Source: a candidate division FCPU426 bacterium
Lineage (GTDB): Bacteria > Oederibacteriota > Muellerivitia > Muellerivitales > Muellerivitaceae
Direction of reading: 5' to 3'
Length of the DNA stretch: 64,000 nucleotides
NCBI GenBank assembly: GCA_963796105.1
Contig: CAWCKJ010000016.1
Coordinates: 1-64,000 of the forward strand
The stretch's first letter is position 1. Each line of letters begins with the position of its first letter. The translations under genes and the position numbers were made by a program. Shown here piece by piece: positions 48,958 through 59,781 of the stretch. A model generated the notes under the pieces. It ran no database searches, was not told the DNA's origin, and saw nothing but the letters and a program-made list of their open reading frames with translations.

Positions 48958-50124
48958 TCAACAGTCGGCCACAAAATCCAGCAGTTCCTTCAGCGAGCCT
49001 TTGACATGCAGGTAATCCATCTCACAGCTCTTTTCCGCAATAGGCCCGTACACCTGATCCATCTTATCTCTGGTTTCCTTGAGCTTTTGGATGGCTTCTT
49101 CAGGGTAATCCGTCCCGGACACCGCCTTCAGAAACGCCGCTGAGAGTGACCGTGGCTGGTGTTTTCCCTTCTCGGCCAAAATGTAAATGGCATAAGCCCT
49201 AGACGCAAAACTGTTCTGCTTGCCCGTGGGAGCTACTTTAGCTGCCGCTTCTGTCAGGGCCTTGAGCGTCTTTCTCGCCAACACCTTATCCCCTCTCAAG
49301 TTCCCGACCAACAGATCGCAATCCACGCACACATAAAGGTAGAACAACCCGGCGGCGAAAGCCGTCTCTCCAATATGGGCTGATCTCGAATCCACTTCAC
49401 TTTTATTCAAATCATCTACCGCCGTAAAATAATCGTCTTCAACAGCAACCTTGTGGACAGTAATAGCGTGAGCGACCTGAACAGCGGCCTCAATGTTGGA
49501 TTTGGTGGAGTTGGCCAACATACGCCCAAACATGGCCACATCTATGGTTCCCAAACCATTGCTGGGCAAGCCTTGATAATCTTCATCTTTCAAACCCTTT
49601 TCCGAGAGAATCTTTTTGATTAACCCATCCATCTTCTCAATTTCTTCCCTTGAGTAAAAAACAAGTTGTTCGCACTTAAGAGTTTCCTTATCAATGTTCG
49701 ATTTCTTTTCTTTTTTCTTAGCATCTTTCGGTTCATCATCTTCTTCGTCATCTTCCGAATTGGGTTTTCCCCTTTTATCCACGAAACGCGAGGCGATTTC
49801 CCAAGCCCAATGTTTTGCATCTTTATCCGGAAAACTCGTTTTTCCAACCTCAACTTCAACATCATCTTTATCCAACAAATCCAAAAGCGAAACACCGGAT
49901 AACAACGCTAAACGTATTTTCCTTCCCATATCTTTTGTTCGTTTTCCATTTAAAGTAGCTTCAAAAAAATCAGATGTTCTCCATGCCCGCTTGAGGCTTT
50001 GCGAGGAAACGCGGAGCCTTAGGGCACCGCCCATCATGGCGGTTTTTGGTCGGCCCAAATCGTCCCGATTCAAATTAGCGGGGGGATAACTGGTCAGCAG
50101 ATGCAATTGAAGAAAATTTCCCAT
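48958..50124 (-). CDS. cas7: Cas7 type I-E
   Basis: NLNRDDLGRPK, RVSSQSLKRAWR, FGRMLA, DYFTAVDD, PTGKQNSFA. Confidence 0.97.
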   Translation of the reverse strand: MGNFLQLHLLTSYPPANLNRDDLGRPKTAMMGGALRLRVSSQSLKRAWRTSDFFEATLNGKRTKDMGRKIRLALLSGVSLLDLLDKDDVEVEVGKTSFPDKDAKHWAWEIASRFVDKRGKPNSEDDEEDDEPKDAKKKEKKSNIDKETLKCEQLVFYSREEIEKMDGLIKKILSEKGLKDEDYQGLPSNGLGTIDVAMFGRMLANSTKSNIEAAVQVAHAITVHKVAVEDDYFTAVDDLNKSEVDSRSAHIGETAFAAGLFYLYVCVDCDLLVGNLRGDKVLARKTLKALTEAAAKVAPTGKQNSFASRAYAIYILAEKGKHQPRSLSAAFLKAVSGTDYPEEAIQKLKETRDKMDQVYGPIAEKSCEMDYLHVKGSLKELLDFVADC

Positions 50125-50147
50125 GGCGTACTCCTTTTTTTGATTCG

Positions 50148-50675
50148 TTATGATTTAGCAGCTTTCTCAGGAAGCATCGAATAATATTCCAAAGCCCATC
50201 TTTTTCGCTTATCGTTGTTCTTTTCATTCCATCGATAAATGGAATCAGCCAAATCCAAAAGATTTAAACTGTTACCCAACAACGGCAAAACTCGGATTAA
50301 TATTGGAAACAATTCTTCCGGTTTATCGGTTTCCAATATCCTCCTGAATCGCAACTCGTTAACGAGCGGCTTTTTGCCCTTCAATTCCCCCATTTGTTGC
50401 GCCACAAGCCGGGGGGCGTCAGGTTTTTTAACACGAGCCGCTAAGCCTACTACCAAAGCCAATTTTTCATCGCTAGTTTTGGCATAACCGGATGAAAGAA
50501 GCCGAAAACGAAGGCGATGGTAAGCCGGATTAAACATCACCTCCACAGGTTTAGCGGTCCGCCTCAAATCCGCCCTATCACCCCTGTGTACATCCAGTTC
50601 TTTCCACCAATCCAACAACAATTCGCCCGCTTTCTCACCCATCTTGAATTTGGGCCACTCACCATTTTCAGCCAT
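50148..50675 (-). CDS. cse2: Cas11 (Cse2/CasB)
   Basis: RGDRADLRR, ELRFRRIL, LA...W...WALEYY. Confidence 0.92.
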   Translation of the reverse strand: MAENGEWPKFKMGEKAGELLLDWWKELDVHRGDRADLRRTAKPVEVMFNPAYHRLRFRLLSSGYAKTSDEKLALVVGLAARVKKPDAPRLVAQQMGELKGKKPLVNELRFRRILETDKPEELFPILIRVLPLLGNSLNLLDLADSIYRWNEKNNDKRKRWALEYYSMLPEKAAKS

Positions 50676-50691
50676 ATTCCCTCCTAATTCT

Positions 50692-52260
50692 TTACGTTTT
50701 GACTTTTTCATCAATCGACAATTCCAATATCCGACGAATATTCTTTCCGTTCATTCCCCAACGCAATTGCTTCCAAGCCCTGGCCACTCGGCCCGGTTCC
50801 ACAGATTCAAAAACTCCATTTTGTGAAACCTCATCAAAAATTTCTTCAGCGGTTTTTGCCAGCAATACCCGCCATGATTCTCTCAATGACGTTGAATCAT
50901 CTTTGGTTTTTAAAATTTCCCTCAGGCGATCCAAATGCGTATAAAAAGCACCTTCCGTTCTTTCCCATAGACGATCCACCACATAAGATAAATCCCCTCG
51001 GACTTCCGTTTCTTTCCTGAACAGCGCGAAGCGAATAGATTTTTTTAATTGGCCGCCCAACTCTTTTGTCGCCAAAACAAGTGTAGCTGAATAATACTCA
51101 AACTTCGTTTTAATGGTTTCGCTTACAACCATCACCGGCATCAAACTTTCGCGCCAAGCTTTTATTTTTGCTTGCTTTACATCGTATCCAAAAACCCAAA
51201 GTCTAAAATCATTGGCGCTTTCCCCCATAAATCTTTCCACAACACGCGCCGGTTGAAAAACAGCTCTATTATCTTTGCTGGCCTGAACTATTCCGAGCCA
51301 ATGTTGGTACCCAATCCTCTCATGGAGATGAAAAGAATATGGTGTTGGATCATCCGCTTTACATTGATAAGGAGTAAGTGGATGTGCCCATGCTCCCTTG
51401 TAATTGCAGCCTTTTATTTCTCGGTAAAAGGAATTGCAAAACAATTGCTCTTCTTTGCCACATATGTCGCAAGCTTTATGGCCGCCATTATCAAATAACA
51501 GTTTAAACCGATTTGGTGTAGCCCAATATTGTTGATCTGGATGAATATCCTCTGGAGAAGTGATTTCACCTTTTTCACTAGTTCGAGTTGCCGCCATCCA
51601 AGGAAAGCGATCATTTAATTTTGATTTTCTTTTATTTCCGCCTTTTGAAAGAAACTCATTTTCATCTAGGACATTTTGCCAAATGGTTCTCCAAAGATTA
51701 GAACCAAAAATTATTGAAACAAGCGGCCCACCACCTCGCAAACCAGTTCTAAATTTCCCCGATGCAGATACTCCCGTTGTCTGGTATGTCAACAATGCCA
51801 TGGCAGCACATTTCCAACAAAGTTGATTACCGGCGTTGTTCTTATGAACAAAAAGATCAATATTGAGTTTTTCAGTATTTTCCACTGGATTTCCAAGTAG
51901 GAGAAAGCGAAGAGGTATAGGCTTTAATTCATTTGTTTTTAATGTGAGATCCTGCATAAACCTCGGGCCATCCCCGTCTAAATTGAAGACTTCAACAAGC
52001 GGCTTAAACGCTTGTTTTAGTTCCTCCGGATTAGGCGGATTTATCAACCACTTCCGCCATACCCCAGCGTTCTTCGGAGGACAAGCCGTTTGTAAAAGAC
52101 CGATTAGGAATTGGATCAGCGCACCATTGAAGTCGGGACGAGGCGCGGCCAATTCAACATATTCCTCGCCATTTCTATCTGTCACCTGCCAGGGCGCGAT
52201 GCACACAATCTCGCCGTTCTTTCGCCTTACAGGTATCCAGACATCGTGGATCAAGTTCAT
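50692..52260 (-). CDS. cse1: Cas8e (Cse1/CasA)
   Basis: MNLIHDVWIPV, PRFMQD, C..CA, GLRGGGP, CDICG, HPLTPY. Confidence 0.95.
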   Translation of the reverse strand: MNLIHDVWIPVRRKNGEIVCIAPWQVTDRNGEEYVELAAPRPDFNGALIQFLIGLLQTACPPKNAGVWRKWLINPPNPEELKQAFKPLVEVFNLDGDGPRFMQDLTLKTNELKPIPLRFLLLGNPVENTEKLNIDLFVHKNNAGNQLCWKCAAMALLTYQTTGVSASGKFRTGLRGGGPLVSIIFGSNLWRTIWQNVLDENEFLSKGGNKRKSKLNDRFPWMAATRTSEKGEITSPEDIHPDQQYWATPNRFKLLFDNGGHKACDICGKEEQLFCNSFYREIKGCNYKGAWAHPLTPYQCKADDPTPYSFHLHERIGYQHWLGIVQASKDNRAVFQPARVVERFMGESANDFRLWVFGYDVKQAKIKAWRESLMPVMVVSETIKTKFEYYSATLVLATKELGGQLKKSIRFALFRKETEVRGDLSYVVDRLWERTEGAFYTHLDRLREILKTKDDSTSLRESWRVLLAKTAEEIFDEVSQNGVFESVEPGRVARAWKQLRWGMNGKNIRRILELSIDEKVKT

Positions 52261-54971
52261 TCGTCGTCACCTCTCAATATGCGAAATCCAAACTCGGCGT
52301 CATATTCAACCTCTACAACATTACCATCTTTACCGAGGGCTTTTCCCATCCAACGACCATCCTTCTCACGCATGGGTATTACAACGCAATACCGTCCCTC
52401 ATCCAGCATTTTTTTGCGCAACTCATCGGTTATGGCCTTATACTCCGGCGCTTCCTCCGCCACCAAAGCCAAACGGATTGATAGCTGGGAATTTTCCCAA
52501 ACGATCCCTTCCCCTTCCCACCAAGGCCCCCATACGTTGTCCTTTTGGCGGGCTAAGCGAACCATTATAGTGGGTTGCCCCAGGCGGGTGGGTGCGTTCA
52601 TATCGTCCCATTTGGTATCTGTATTTAAATATCCCAGTTCCAGATTGAGTGCGTTGAATGTCGCCACGGAACTATCAGCTTTATCTTTCCCTTCCGCGCC
52701 CAATTCGACATCCTTCAAAGTTTCCGGTAGTTTCTCCAAGAAATCTTCCCCATAAACGGTTTCCATCATGTCGCGGGAATCACCAGGCACCGAAAAACCA
52801 CCCTTTCTCTGGAGCCATCGCGCCGCCAGCCAAAGCTGGCCGTGGTGGGGATATACCCAAGCCGCCTTGGGAAACAGATCTTGATACCATTTTTTCCCGG
52901 TGTTTTCCGTTGCTTCCGGCATCAAGATTCCAAGCACCACATCACCCCTTTGGTCCAGCCCTTGGATAGGATTACCTTTTGCATCCCTCGAATGACGCAT
53001 CAGGCGGCCCGCTCTTTGAAGAATTAAATCTATTGGCGCCAAGTCCGTCACCATATAGTCGAAATCCAGGTCGAGCGACTGCTCCACGACCTGAGTGGCG
53101 ATGACAAGCTTTCCCGCCCTCTGGTCCAATTTGCTTCCCTTTCCGAAGTCTGCCTGAATGGAAGCCCCTTTTTCCAGGCGGTCACCCATGGCAAATCTAG
53201 CGTGAAATAATCGAACCTTATCCTTGCCAAAACGTTTGACGGCTTCCTCGTATGCCTCCATAGTATCGGCTACTGTGTTCCTGACCCAGCAGGCGCAACG
53301 ACCCTTTTCCAAAACCGCGCTAATCGCTTTCCAGACATCCGGTTCGTCCAGCAGAAATTCCACCTGGACACGACGGGCCAACCGCGAGTTCGCCTTAAAT
53401 GGTTTTTCGAGAAGGGTTTCATGCGAGAAATGGGTGAGTAACGGATAAACGGATTTTTGCGGCGAAAGTGTGGCCCAACCGGCCCCTTCCGCGAAGGCTT
53501 CCAGCAATTTCGCCCGCATCCCCATCGGCAGGGTGGCCGACAAAAGAATGGCCGACCCTCCCCAGGCCGCGTGAAATTTCAAAAGCCTGCAAAGCAGCCG
53601 GAGGACATAGGCGTCACAGGCATGGACTTCGTCTACCAGCAGAATCTTCCGACTCAAACCCAACAGGCGCAGGGATTGGTGTTTCACAGGGAGAACAGAA
53701 AGAAGGGCCTGGTCGATCGTGCCCACACCCACATCGGCCAATAGGGCTTTCTTGCGGCTGTCCGAAAGCCATTGGGAACAGGCCTGCGAGGCGCTTGGGT
53801 TGTCCTCGCCACGGTAACCACCATCGGGCTTGTTCTTTTCCTCCAACCCCAGTTTCTTCATGCGGGACATGGAATGGGCTAGGACCAGCGATGGGGTGGA
53901 CTCTGCACTGAACAGGTGGCGGTAAACCTTCTGGACGCGTTCATGCATGGCATTAGCGGTCGCCATGGTGGGAAGAGCCAGGAAAAGGCCGTTCCCAAGC
54001 CCCCGTTTCATCATCCGTTGAGTCAAGACGATAGCCGCCTCAGTTTTTCCTCCGCCTGTCACCTCCTCCACGATAAAAAGCTGAGGGCCTTCGGGTATTT
54101 CAATTTTTTCAGCCAATGTTTGAAGGGATGTCGGCGTTTCGAGATTGAACAGTTTTTTCAGTCCCTGAACGGGCGCTACATCAACACCGCTCAATCCGCT
54201 TTCTTGGACAGCCTTCAGGGCCTGGGGCAATGCCCTCTTTTTCCAATATTCCCCCAAAGCAATTTCAGTTTCCTCGCAATAGGGGAACCAATTGCGGTTG
54301 GACCCCAGCCAATCCGCCGCCACCGCCAGCCCCGCCACAAGCCAGGAAGCCTTGGGAAATGCCTCATAGTAATCAATCACGTCTTCATCCGATTGGAATG
54401 GTATTCCTTTTGGCAAAAACAGCGGAACCAATACTTCCAGGAAACCATAAATATCTTTCTCAACTATTTCCGGAAATTGCTCATCCAAAAGCGGCCCATA
54501 AAGGTTTTGTGTTTTTGGGGGACGACCATGATGCCCAGTAACAGCCGCAAGCCACGGCTCCAAGTGATCGCGAAAGGTATCAGTATCCCAGCCACCGTAT
54601 TGAAACTTATCAACAAGCCATCCAGGAAGTTTGGTTTTGCAAAAAGCGAAGCCCAGAACATCATGCCGTTCTGTGTTGGCCGAGCGCGTCTTGCGTTGTT
54701 GAAGTTTCTCGAAAAGTTCCGGGATTTTGTTTTGAAAACCATCAGAAAACTTACCCAGGTCGTGGATCGCCAGAATGAAAGTCAACCATTTGAGTAAAGG
54801 GATTTCAGACATACCGGAAACTTTTGATATGTTCGACAGCCAACCGGAATGGGTCCGTAATAACACCTGGCCACAGGCGGCTACATCCAGGGAATGAAAA
54901 GCAAGGGGATGATAGGTACAAGATTCGGGATTCGTGTAATCCGATTTTCCCCAATAAGAATAAAATCCCAT
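52257..54971 (-). CDS. cas3: Cas3 HD nuclease-helicase
   Basis: HSLDVA, HDLGK, HHG, ADWLGS, TGGGKTE, DEVH, SAT, QRAGR. Confidence 0.97.
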   Translation of the reverse strand: MGFYSYWGKSDYTNPESCTYHPLAFHSLDVAACGQVLLRTHSGWLSNISKVSGMSEIPLLKWLTFILAIHDLGKFSDGFQNKIPELFEKLQQRKTRSANTERHDVLGFAFCKTKLPGWLVDKFQYGGWDTDTFRDHLEPWLAAVTGHHGRPPKTQNLYGPLLDEQFPEIVEKDIYGFLEVLVPLFLPKGIPFQSDEDVIDYYEAFPKASWLVAGLAVAADWLGSNRNWFPYCEETEIALGEYWKKRALPQALKAVQESGLSGVDVAPVQGLKKLFNLETPTSLQTLAEKIEIPEGPQLFIVEEVTGGGKTEAAIVLTQRMMKRGLGNGLFLALPTMATANAMHERVQKVYRHLFSAESTPSLVLAHSMSRMKKLGLEEKNKPDGGYRGEDNPSASQACSQWLSDSRKKALLADVGVGTIDQALLSVLPVKHQSLRLLGLSRKILLVDEVHACDAYVLRLLCRLLKFHAAWGGSAILLSATLPMGMRAKLLEAFAEGAGWATLSPQKSVYPLLTHFSHETLLEKPFKANSRLARRVQVEFLLDEPDVWKAISAVLEKGRCACWVRNTVADTMEAYEEAVKRFGKDKVRLFHARFAMGDRLEKGASIQADFGKGSKLDQRAGKLVIATQVVEQSLDLDFDYMVTDLAPIDLILQRAGRLMRHSRDAKGNPIQGLDQRGDVVLGILMPEATENTGKKWYQDLFPKAAWVYPHHGQLWLAARWLQRKGGFSVPGDSRDMMETVYGEDFLEKLPETLKDVELGAEGKDKADSSVATFNALNLELGYLNTDTKWDDMNAPTRLGQPTIMVRLARQKDNVWGPWWEGEGIVWENSQLSIRLALVAEEAPEYKAITDELRKKMLDEGRYCVVIPMREKDGRWMGKALGKDGNVVEVEYDAEFGFRILRGDDE

Positions 54972-55341
54972 ATAAACCACCATCTGTAGAAGATGATTTA
55001 CCATACTCCTACAGAAGCGGCTATGAAAGTCTTTTTCGAGGATAATAAATCTCACTCGTTTTTATTGAAATAAAGAAAGATTGCGAGGTCATTAAAACCA
55101 TATAAGAAGCATTAAAATATATATTTCGTTTCGTTTAAACTCTCCCTGGGAAGGGCTTCCTCCAAAAAATCTTTCGTAATAAAAACCATTTAGTGTTCAG
55201 TCCTAAGTCGAATTCAGACAATTCCCTCGATACAATGAATTACGCTCTCATTAGCAAATGCTCAATTATATGGTTTTTCGACTTTTCCCTTTTATAATTA
55301 ATCCCCATTTTAAAACAAATCAGGAATGGAAAAAGGCATTC

Positions 55342-55905
55342 ATGGAACGAGTCTGCGTATTTATCGACGGGAATAATTTCTATTTCGGTCTCAAGAGGAA
55401 TAACCTTGCGACAAGGGTTGATTACTACCAACTCAGTTCCGCCCTGGCCGGGTCTGAACGGGAATTAGTGCGCTCTTTTTACTATAACGTCGCCTATGAC
55501 CAGAAAAACTTCCCCGAAAAGGCTAAAACCCAGCAACCGTTCCTGGATTCCCTCGACCGTACCCCTTATCTGGAGCTTCGCTTGGGCCGTATGGTGCTCA
55601 ACCACGTTAATAACAGTTACCATGAAAAGGGCGTAGAGGTCTTGCTTTCCTCCGAATTGGTCTTTTACGCGGCGCGAAACCTTTATGACACCGCGATTCT
55701 CGTCACCGAGGACGATGACTATTCCCCCGTCTTGGAGTTGGTCAAGCAAACCGGCAAGCACGTGGAAATAGCCTTGTTTCCCGACATTCATCCAAAGGAA
55801 TTGATTCGTTTCGCGGATAACAGGATCGACCTGGATATGGTGTTGAAAAAGCACGAATCCAAAATCTTTCCGGTGGATACGACCGACAATCGGGGAAATG
55901 CTTGA
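55342..55905 (+). CDS. NYN domain protein (LabA/DUF88)
   Basis: VFIDGNN, EKGVE, D.AILVTEDDDY.P, GKHV, L...AD. Confidence 0.88.
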   Translation: MERVCVFIDGNNFYFGLKRNNLATRVDYYQLSSALAGSERELVRSFYYNVAYDQKNFPEKAKTQQPFLDSLDRTPYLELRLGRMVLNHVNNSYHEKGVEVLLSSELVFYAARNLYDTAILVTEDDDYSPVLELVKQTGKHVEIALFPDIHPKELIRFADNRIDLDMVLKKHESKIFPVDTTDNRGNA

Positions 55906-55911
55906 TCGGGA

Positions 55912-56154
55912 TTAATTGTTAAGGGGATTTTCGTCCGCAGGCGGCAGGTTTTTGGGGTTCATTCCATCAAAGTTATATTCCATCGAAACCCACTTGCATT
56001 TATTTTTAAGTTTATCACAATTAAAAGCTTCGCTGCATCTCCTGTCCCCCCTGCCCTTGATAATCAGGTTGTCCCTTAAATCCATGGTAATCTCATGGAT
56101 CAAGTAGACATCTTTGTCGAGGATAAAACACCGTTTTGATTCCCTTTGTTCCAT
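55912..56154 (-). CDS. Small Cys-containing hypothetical protein
   Basis: ORF with a GGAG RBS. Confidence 0.5.
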   Translation of the reverse strand: MEQRESKRCFILDKDVYLIHEITMDLRDNLIIKGRGDRRCSEAFNCDKLKNKCKWVSMEYNFDGMNPKNLPPADENPLNN

Positions 56155-56334
56155 ATCTCCCCACCAAATAGGACATATAGTAAGGATATCGCTGTATAAG
56201 GATTTTTGCTTCGATCCGGAATAATTTAGCGGAAACCGATTTAAAAAACGTAAAGTTGTCGAGTTCGTTGAATAGAGGATTTCGGAATAAGAACTACGGC
56301 AAGGAAGGTTGGAAGGGCTTTCAGGTTATTCGGT

Positions 56335-56628
56335 TTATGATTTTGTAAGTTCGGCGTCTTTCTTTAGAAACGGGTAAACCAAACCCTGTAATTTGGTTTT
56401 ATATTCTTCACAACAGCAAAGGTACCTTAAATTGATGGTGTCTTTTTCCAAAGGTTCATATTCCACCCGGATGAGTTCAGGCGTCTTTTTATGGGTGTTA
56501 CAGGTCCCCTCTTCATAAAAGAATTCAACCATTAACGATTTAGCCCGGTCCACTTTATCGGGTTTGACACCCACGAATAAGCAGAATTTATCCGCCTCTT
56601 TTTGCAGTGAATAATATTTTTTGGTCAT
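56335..56628 (-). CDS. Small hypothetical protein
   Basis: ORF with an AAGGA RBS; C..H and CCC motifs. Confidence 0.55.
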   Translation of the reverse strand: MTKKYYSLQKEADKFCLFVGVKPDKVDRAKSLMVEFFYEEGTCNTHKKTPELIRVEYEPLEKDTINLRYLCCCEEYKTKLQGLVYPFLKKDAELTKS

Positions 56629-56769
56629 TGAATCATCCTTTAACTGCGGCCGGCCCTGATTTTAGTACCACCGGCAATCACGCACAATGGAAGAAAGCCT
56701 CCGGGTTCGGGGAGTTTGATCAATCAATCGTTCACGGGGTGGGGTGGAAGCGCCCGAAGGGGAAAGCTT

Positions 56770-57789
56770 CTAACTATTTCCACTGTTTATTCGAACCTCT
56801 ATTTTCCCGCAATCCGTCATGATTTTTTCGAAGCTTGGCGGGCTTTGGATCAACCCTGCTTCCGTCATCTTTCCATAATCCAAGGCCAAATCCTGGTATG
56901 CCTTTCCCTGGGGGACCAGTTGAATGTCGCCCTTGACGGCATTGAGGTAACAGATGGGCTTCCCTTTGGAGTCTTTTTCCCTGAAAAACATTTCCTTGTG
57001 CCGGGCCACTTCCAGGGCCAGGTCCTTGTCCCCAACGGTATCCTGGAAATAAAACGTTTGCGATATTTCAACCAAGTCGTACCAATGGCGGGAAAACCGC
57101 ACGCTCGGGGCTCCTGCTTGGCGGCAATAGACATGGACCGCCGTGGCTTTTTCCCAAAAGGTCCTTCTAATACTCATGACATTTGGGGAGGCCTCGGGAA
57201 AGGCCAATTCCGGCATTTTGGCCGCCATATCACAGGTGATGAGTTTCTTTTCATGCGGCTCGCCGGTTGAGCGCGCGCCGAACTCCAGTTGCACCATGTG
57301 GCTGACATAACCGGAGCCTTCTGTTAACGGGGGGTAATTGACCAGGAGTTTTTCCCTGTCGGTTCCTGTGTTCTTTAACTCCGCGCCCAACTTGCCTTGC
57401 CGGAGGGCATCCAAAAGGATCGGCCTGACTTTCCCCGTGATCCAACCCGGCAGGCTTTTCCTGATTATATCGGACCATTTTTTCGCCTTGCTGGGGGTGG
57501 CGGGAATGCCGCTTTCCCCGCCCTTGATTTCCGGGATGAATTCTCGGATGTCGCAGGTTAGGTCGATATCCTCGGAGAACCGGTTGAGGACGTTGTAGGC
57601 CTTGGAAAGAGACGTTCCTCCCTTGAAAGTGAGGGCCGGAGCAATCGCAGATTGGAACAGTGTCGACAGGGTCCAGACAACCCAAACGTCCTTTTCCAAC
57701 AGGTAGGCCGGTCGGCCGGTCCTGGCCGAAGCGGCCTTCAGGGCTTCCTTCCGGTCCGCCCTTGATAGGGAAAAATAGGACTCAGCCAA
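56770..57789 (-). CDS. AbiEii-family nucleotidyltransferase toxin
   Basis: LEKDVWV, FKGGTSLSKAY...RFSEDIDL, RTFWEK, SRHWYDL. Confidence 0.93.
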   Translation of the reverse strand: MAESYFSLSRADRKEALKAASARTGRPAYLLEKDVWVVWTLSTLFQSAIAPALTFKGGTSLSKAYNVLNRFSEDIDLTCDIREFIPEIKGGESGIPATPSKAKKWSDIIRKSLPGWITGKVRPILLDALRQGKLGAELKNTGTDREKLLVNYPPLTEGSGYVSHMVQLEFGARSTGEPHEKKLITCDMAAKMPELAFPEASPNVMSIRRTFWEKATAVHVYCRQAGAPSVRFSRHWYDLVEISQTFYFQDTVGDKDLALEVARHKEMFFREKDSKGKPICYLNAVKGDIQLVPQGKAYQDLALDYGKMTEAGLIQSPPSFEKIMTDCGKIEVRINSGNS

Positions 57790-58378
57790 GGTGGCCGGCC
57801 TCCCCCAGCAATCTGGCGATCCACTCCGGGAATGAAGCCCTCGAAGCGACCATCAACTCCCATTCCACCTTGGGAAGTTTCAACCGGATCTTGGACAGGG
57901 CCTCCGGCCCATGCGCCTCCCCGATCCAGGCCAGGGCGCGGATGGCCATACCGGCCGGACGGTTGCCCAAGGACAACTGCCACCTCGGGGCGTGCTTGAA
58001 CCGAATCGTGCGATTCCCAAGTTTCAGGGTACGGTTCCTCCCGGAGGTGATAAACACTTCCTGGACGGGAACCTGGGTGGAGAGGCCGAGGGCGTTGGCA
58101 GCGACTGCCCCGTTGGGGGATACTTCCTCGCCCTTCTTGAGGGCGATGGACTTGATGACGGCCTCCGGGGAGGGAGGCCGGCTGCCAAAACGGCCTTTGA
58201 CCGGCGCAACGTAAGCGCCCCGCTCAACCCGGATCAGTTTCCCGGCTTTCGTGAGGCGGGTAAAAGCCTGGTCCACGGCGGCGCGGGTGTTTTTTCCCAA
58301 AAACTCCTTGGGGGACAATACGCTTCCCTCCGGCATTGCCTTGGATGAGCTAAGTATGGATTCAATGAGGGGGCTCAT
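57782..58378 (-). CDS. AbiEi/DUF6088-type antitoxin
   Basis: RAAVDQA..RL...G..IRV.RG.Y, AANALGLSTQVP; overlaps the toxin gene. Confidence 0.9.
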   Translation of the reverse strand: MSPLIESILSSSKAMPEGSVLSPKEFLGKNTRAAVDQAFTRLTKAGKLIRVERGAYVAPVKGRFGSRPPSPEAVIKSIALKKGEEVSPNGAVAANALGLSTQVPVQEVFITSGRNRTLKLGNRTIRFKHAPRWQLSLGNRPAGMAIRALAWIGEAHGPEALSKIRLKLPKVEWELMVASRASFPEWIARLLGEAGHLG

Positions 58379-58394
58379 GGGTAATAACTCCTTT

Positions 58395-58422
58395 TGTCAG
58401 AATTATATGTCTTTTTCTGACA
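58395..58422. promoter_or_regulatory. AbiE autoregulatory inverted repeat
   Basis: TGTCAGAA-N12-TTCTGACA directly upstream of the antitoxin RBS. Confidence 0.65.
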
Positions 58423-58554
58423 CCTATCAAGGAGTCATCTTTTTGGTTCCAGGGGGATGTCATTGGCATTGGAGAGCTGGAAATCCGGTTTCCACGAAAT
58501 AAACATCCGGTTCTCATTTGTCTCTTCCATCGTCAAACCAGCCGGTTCTCTTTT

Positions 58555-59082
58555 TTATCCTTCTTCCGTGACCGATGGTTTGATTTCAACCGTATCCATG
58601 CACACTTCCTGGAACACCTTGAGTGCCAAAATCTCCACTTCCCTAAAACCAAAAAGCGCTCCATCCCGGACCCACTCCTTCGGTGAGACCGGGGAATCTT
58701 CGGAAAGTTTGATGGTTCCCGGGTCCATGATCCAGTACTTCACCATGCTTTTGGCGGCTTCCTGTATTCGGTTAAGTTTTTCTGAAAGCCAGGGCCGGAA
58801 ATCCCAATCCTCAGGGCGTTCGGTATGACGAATGGTGAACTTTTTATTCTCTTTCATTGATTCATGGGGAATACCGTGGAATTCTCCGGCTTCTTTTACG
58901 GGAACAATAAGCTCATAGGCGGCAAGGGCGTTGCTCAAAATGCGGAGTATTTCAAAATGAATATCAGGACGATCATCCGAATCCTTTAGATAGCTTTCCA
59001 AAGATTTTTTGATTCGTTTGCAATCTTCGAGTATCGCTGATAATCGCCGGGTTAATTCGGTGGCTCGATCACTGCCCGCCAT
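58555..59082 (-). CDS. Hypothetical protein
   Basis: Long ORF; start at ATG59082 after GGGAGG. Confidence 0.6.
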   Translation of the reverse strand: MAGSDRATELTRRLSAILEDCKRIKKSLESYLKDSDDRPDIHFEILRILSNALAAYELIVPVKEAGEFHGIPHESMKENKKFTIRHTERPEDWDFRPWLSEKLNRIQEAAKSMVKYWIMDPGTIKLSEDSPVSPKEWVRDGALFGFREVEILALKVFQEVCMDTVEIKPSVTEEG

Positions 59083-59536
59083 TATTTGCCTCCCGCAAAA
59101 AGAAAGAATAAGAGAATAATAATTATAGTTCAAACCCGCTGGCATTTTATGTTTAACATGGTTCCAAGCGATAACCGATGATAAATTCCAGGGTCCAATT
59201 TTTCTCGAACAAATATTGGCCGCTTTCCAAATTTTTCCCGGTACTTGCCAATCCTGGACCTCTTTTGACTGTTCGTCATCCTGCATTTTCCCCGGAATTC
59301 AATGAATGATTCACCCTGCCCGAAAGGGACTTTAGCTGATATAAGCCTTCCGGCTTCAGAGGAACGACTGATTGATTTTCAACAAAATGGAATTGAAGCC
59401 CTCGGAGCAAACAACTCAAACGATAAGCCAAGCTACTGACTACAAAGAACCCCACCTTTTTTCCATCGAACCCGCGCCACCACCGGGGTCACGAAGGCAA
59501 CACCGGCCCGGTGGCGGTTGGTTCCCCCGTTTCCCC

Positions 59537-59779
59537 TCATCGAACCTGGGCCTTTGAGTCCGCGAAAATCTCCGCTTCCTCCGGTGTCATCCCGGCTTCC
59601 AGGGCCTTCTGGATAACGGCCTGTCGGCGGGCCTCCTTCTTGGGTAAAGAGCCGCTAAAAGTTAAGGCGCTTTTGTTCTTGAAATAAACCTTGGTGACAA
59701 TCCGCTGTTGGTATCCACGAACAAAAACCAATTCATAAAGAACCTTTTTGATCCCTGGAATTTCGATGTTTAACTCCAT
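59537..59779 (-). CDS. Hypothetical protein, ardC operon
   Basis: AAAGGAG RBS; tight spacing. Confidence 0.65.
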   Translation of the reverse strand: MELNIEIPGIKKVLYELVFVRGYQQRIVTKVYFKNKSALTFSGSLPKKEARRQAVIQKALEAGMTPEEAEIFADSKAQVR

Positions 59780-59781
59780 GG

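Noticed and set aside
59463..59526. tRNA-like sequence (GGGTTCGAT on the minus strand)
   Set aside because: Forms a simple hairpin after the ardC operon rather than a cloverleaf.
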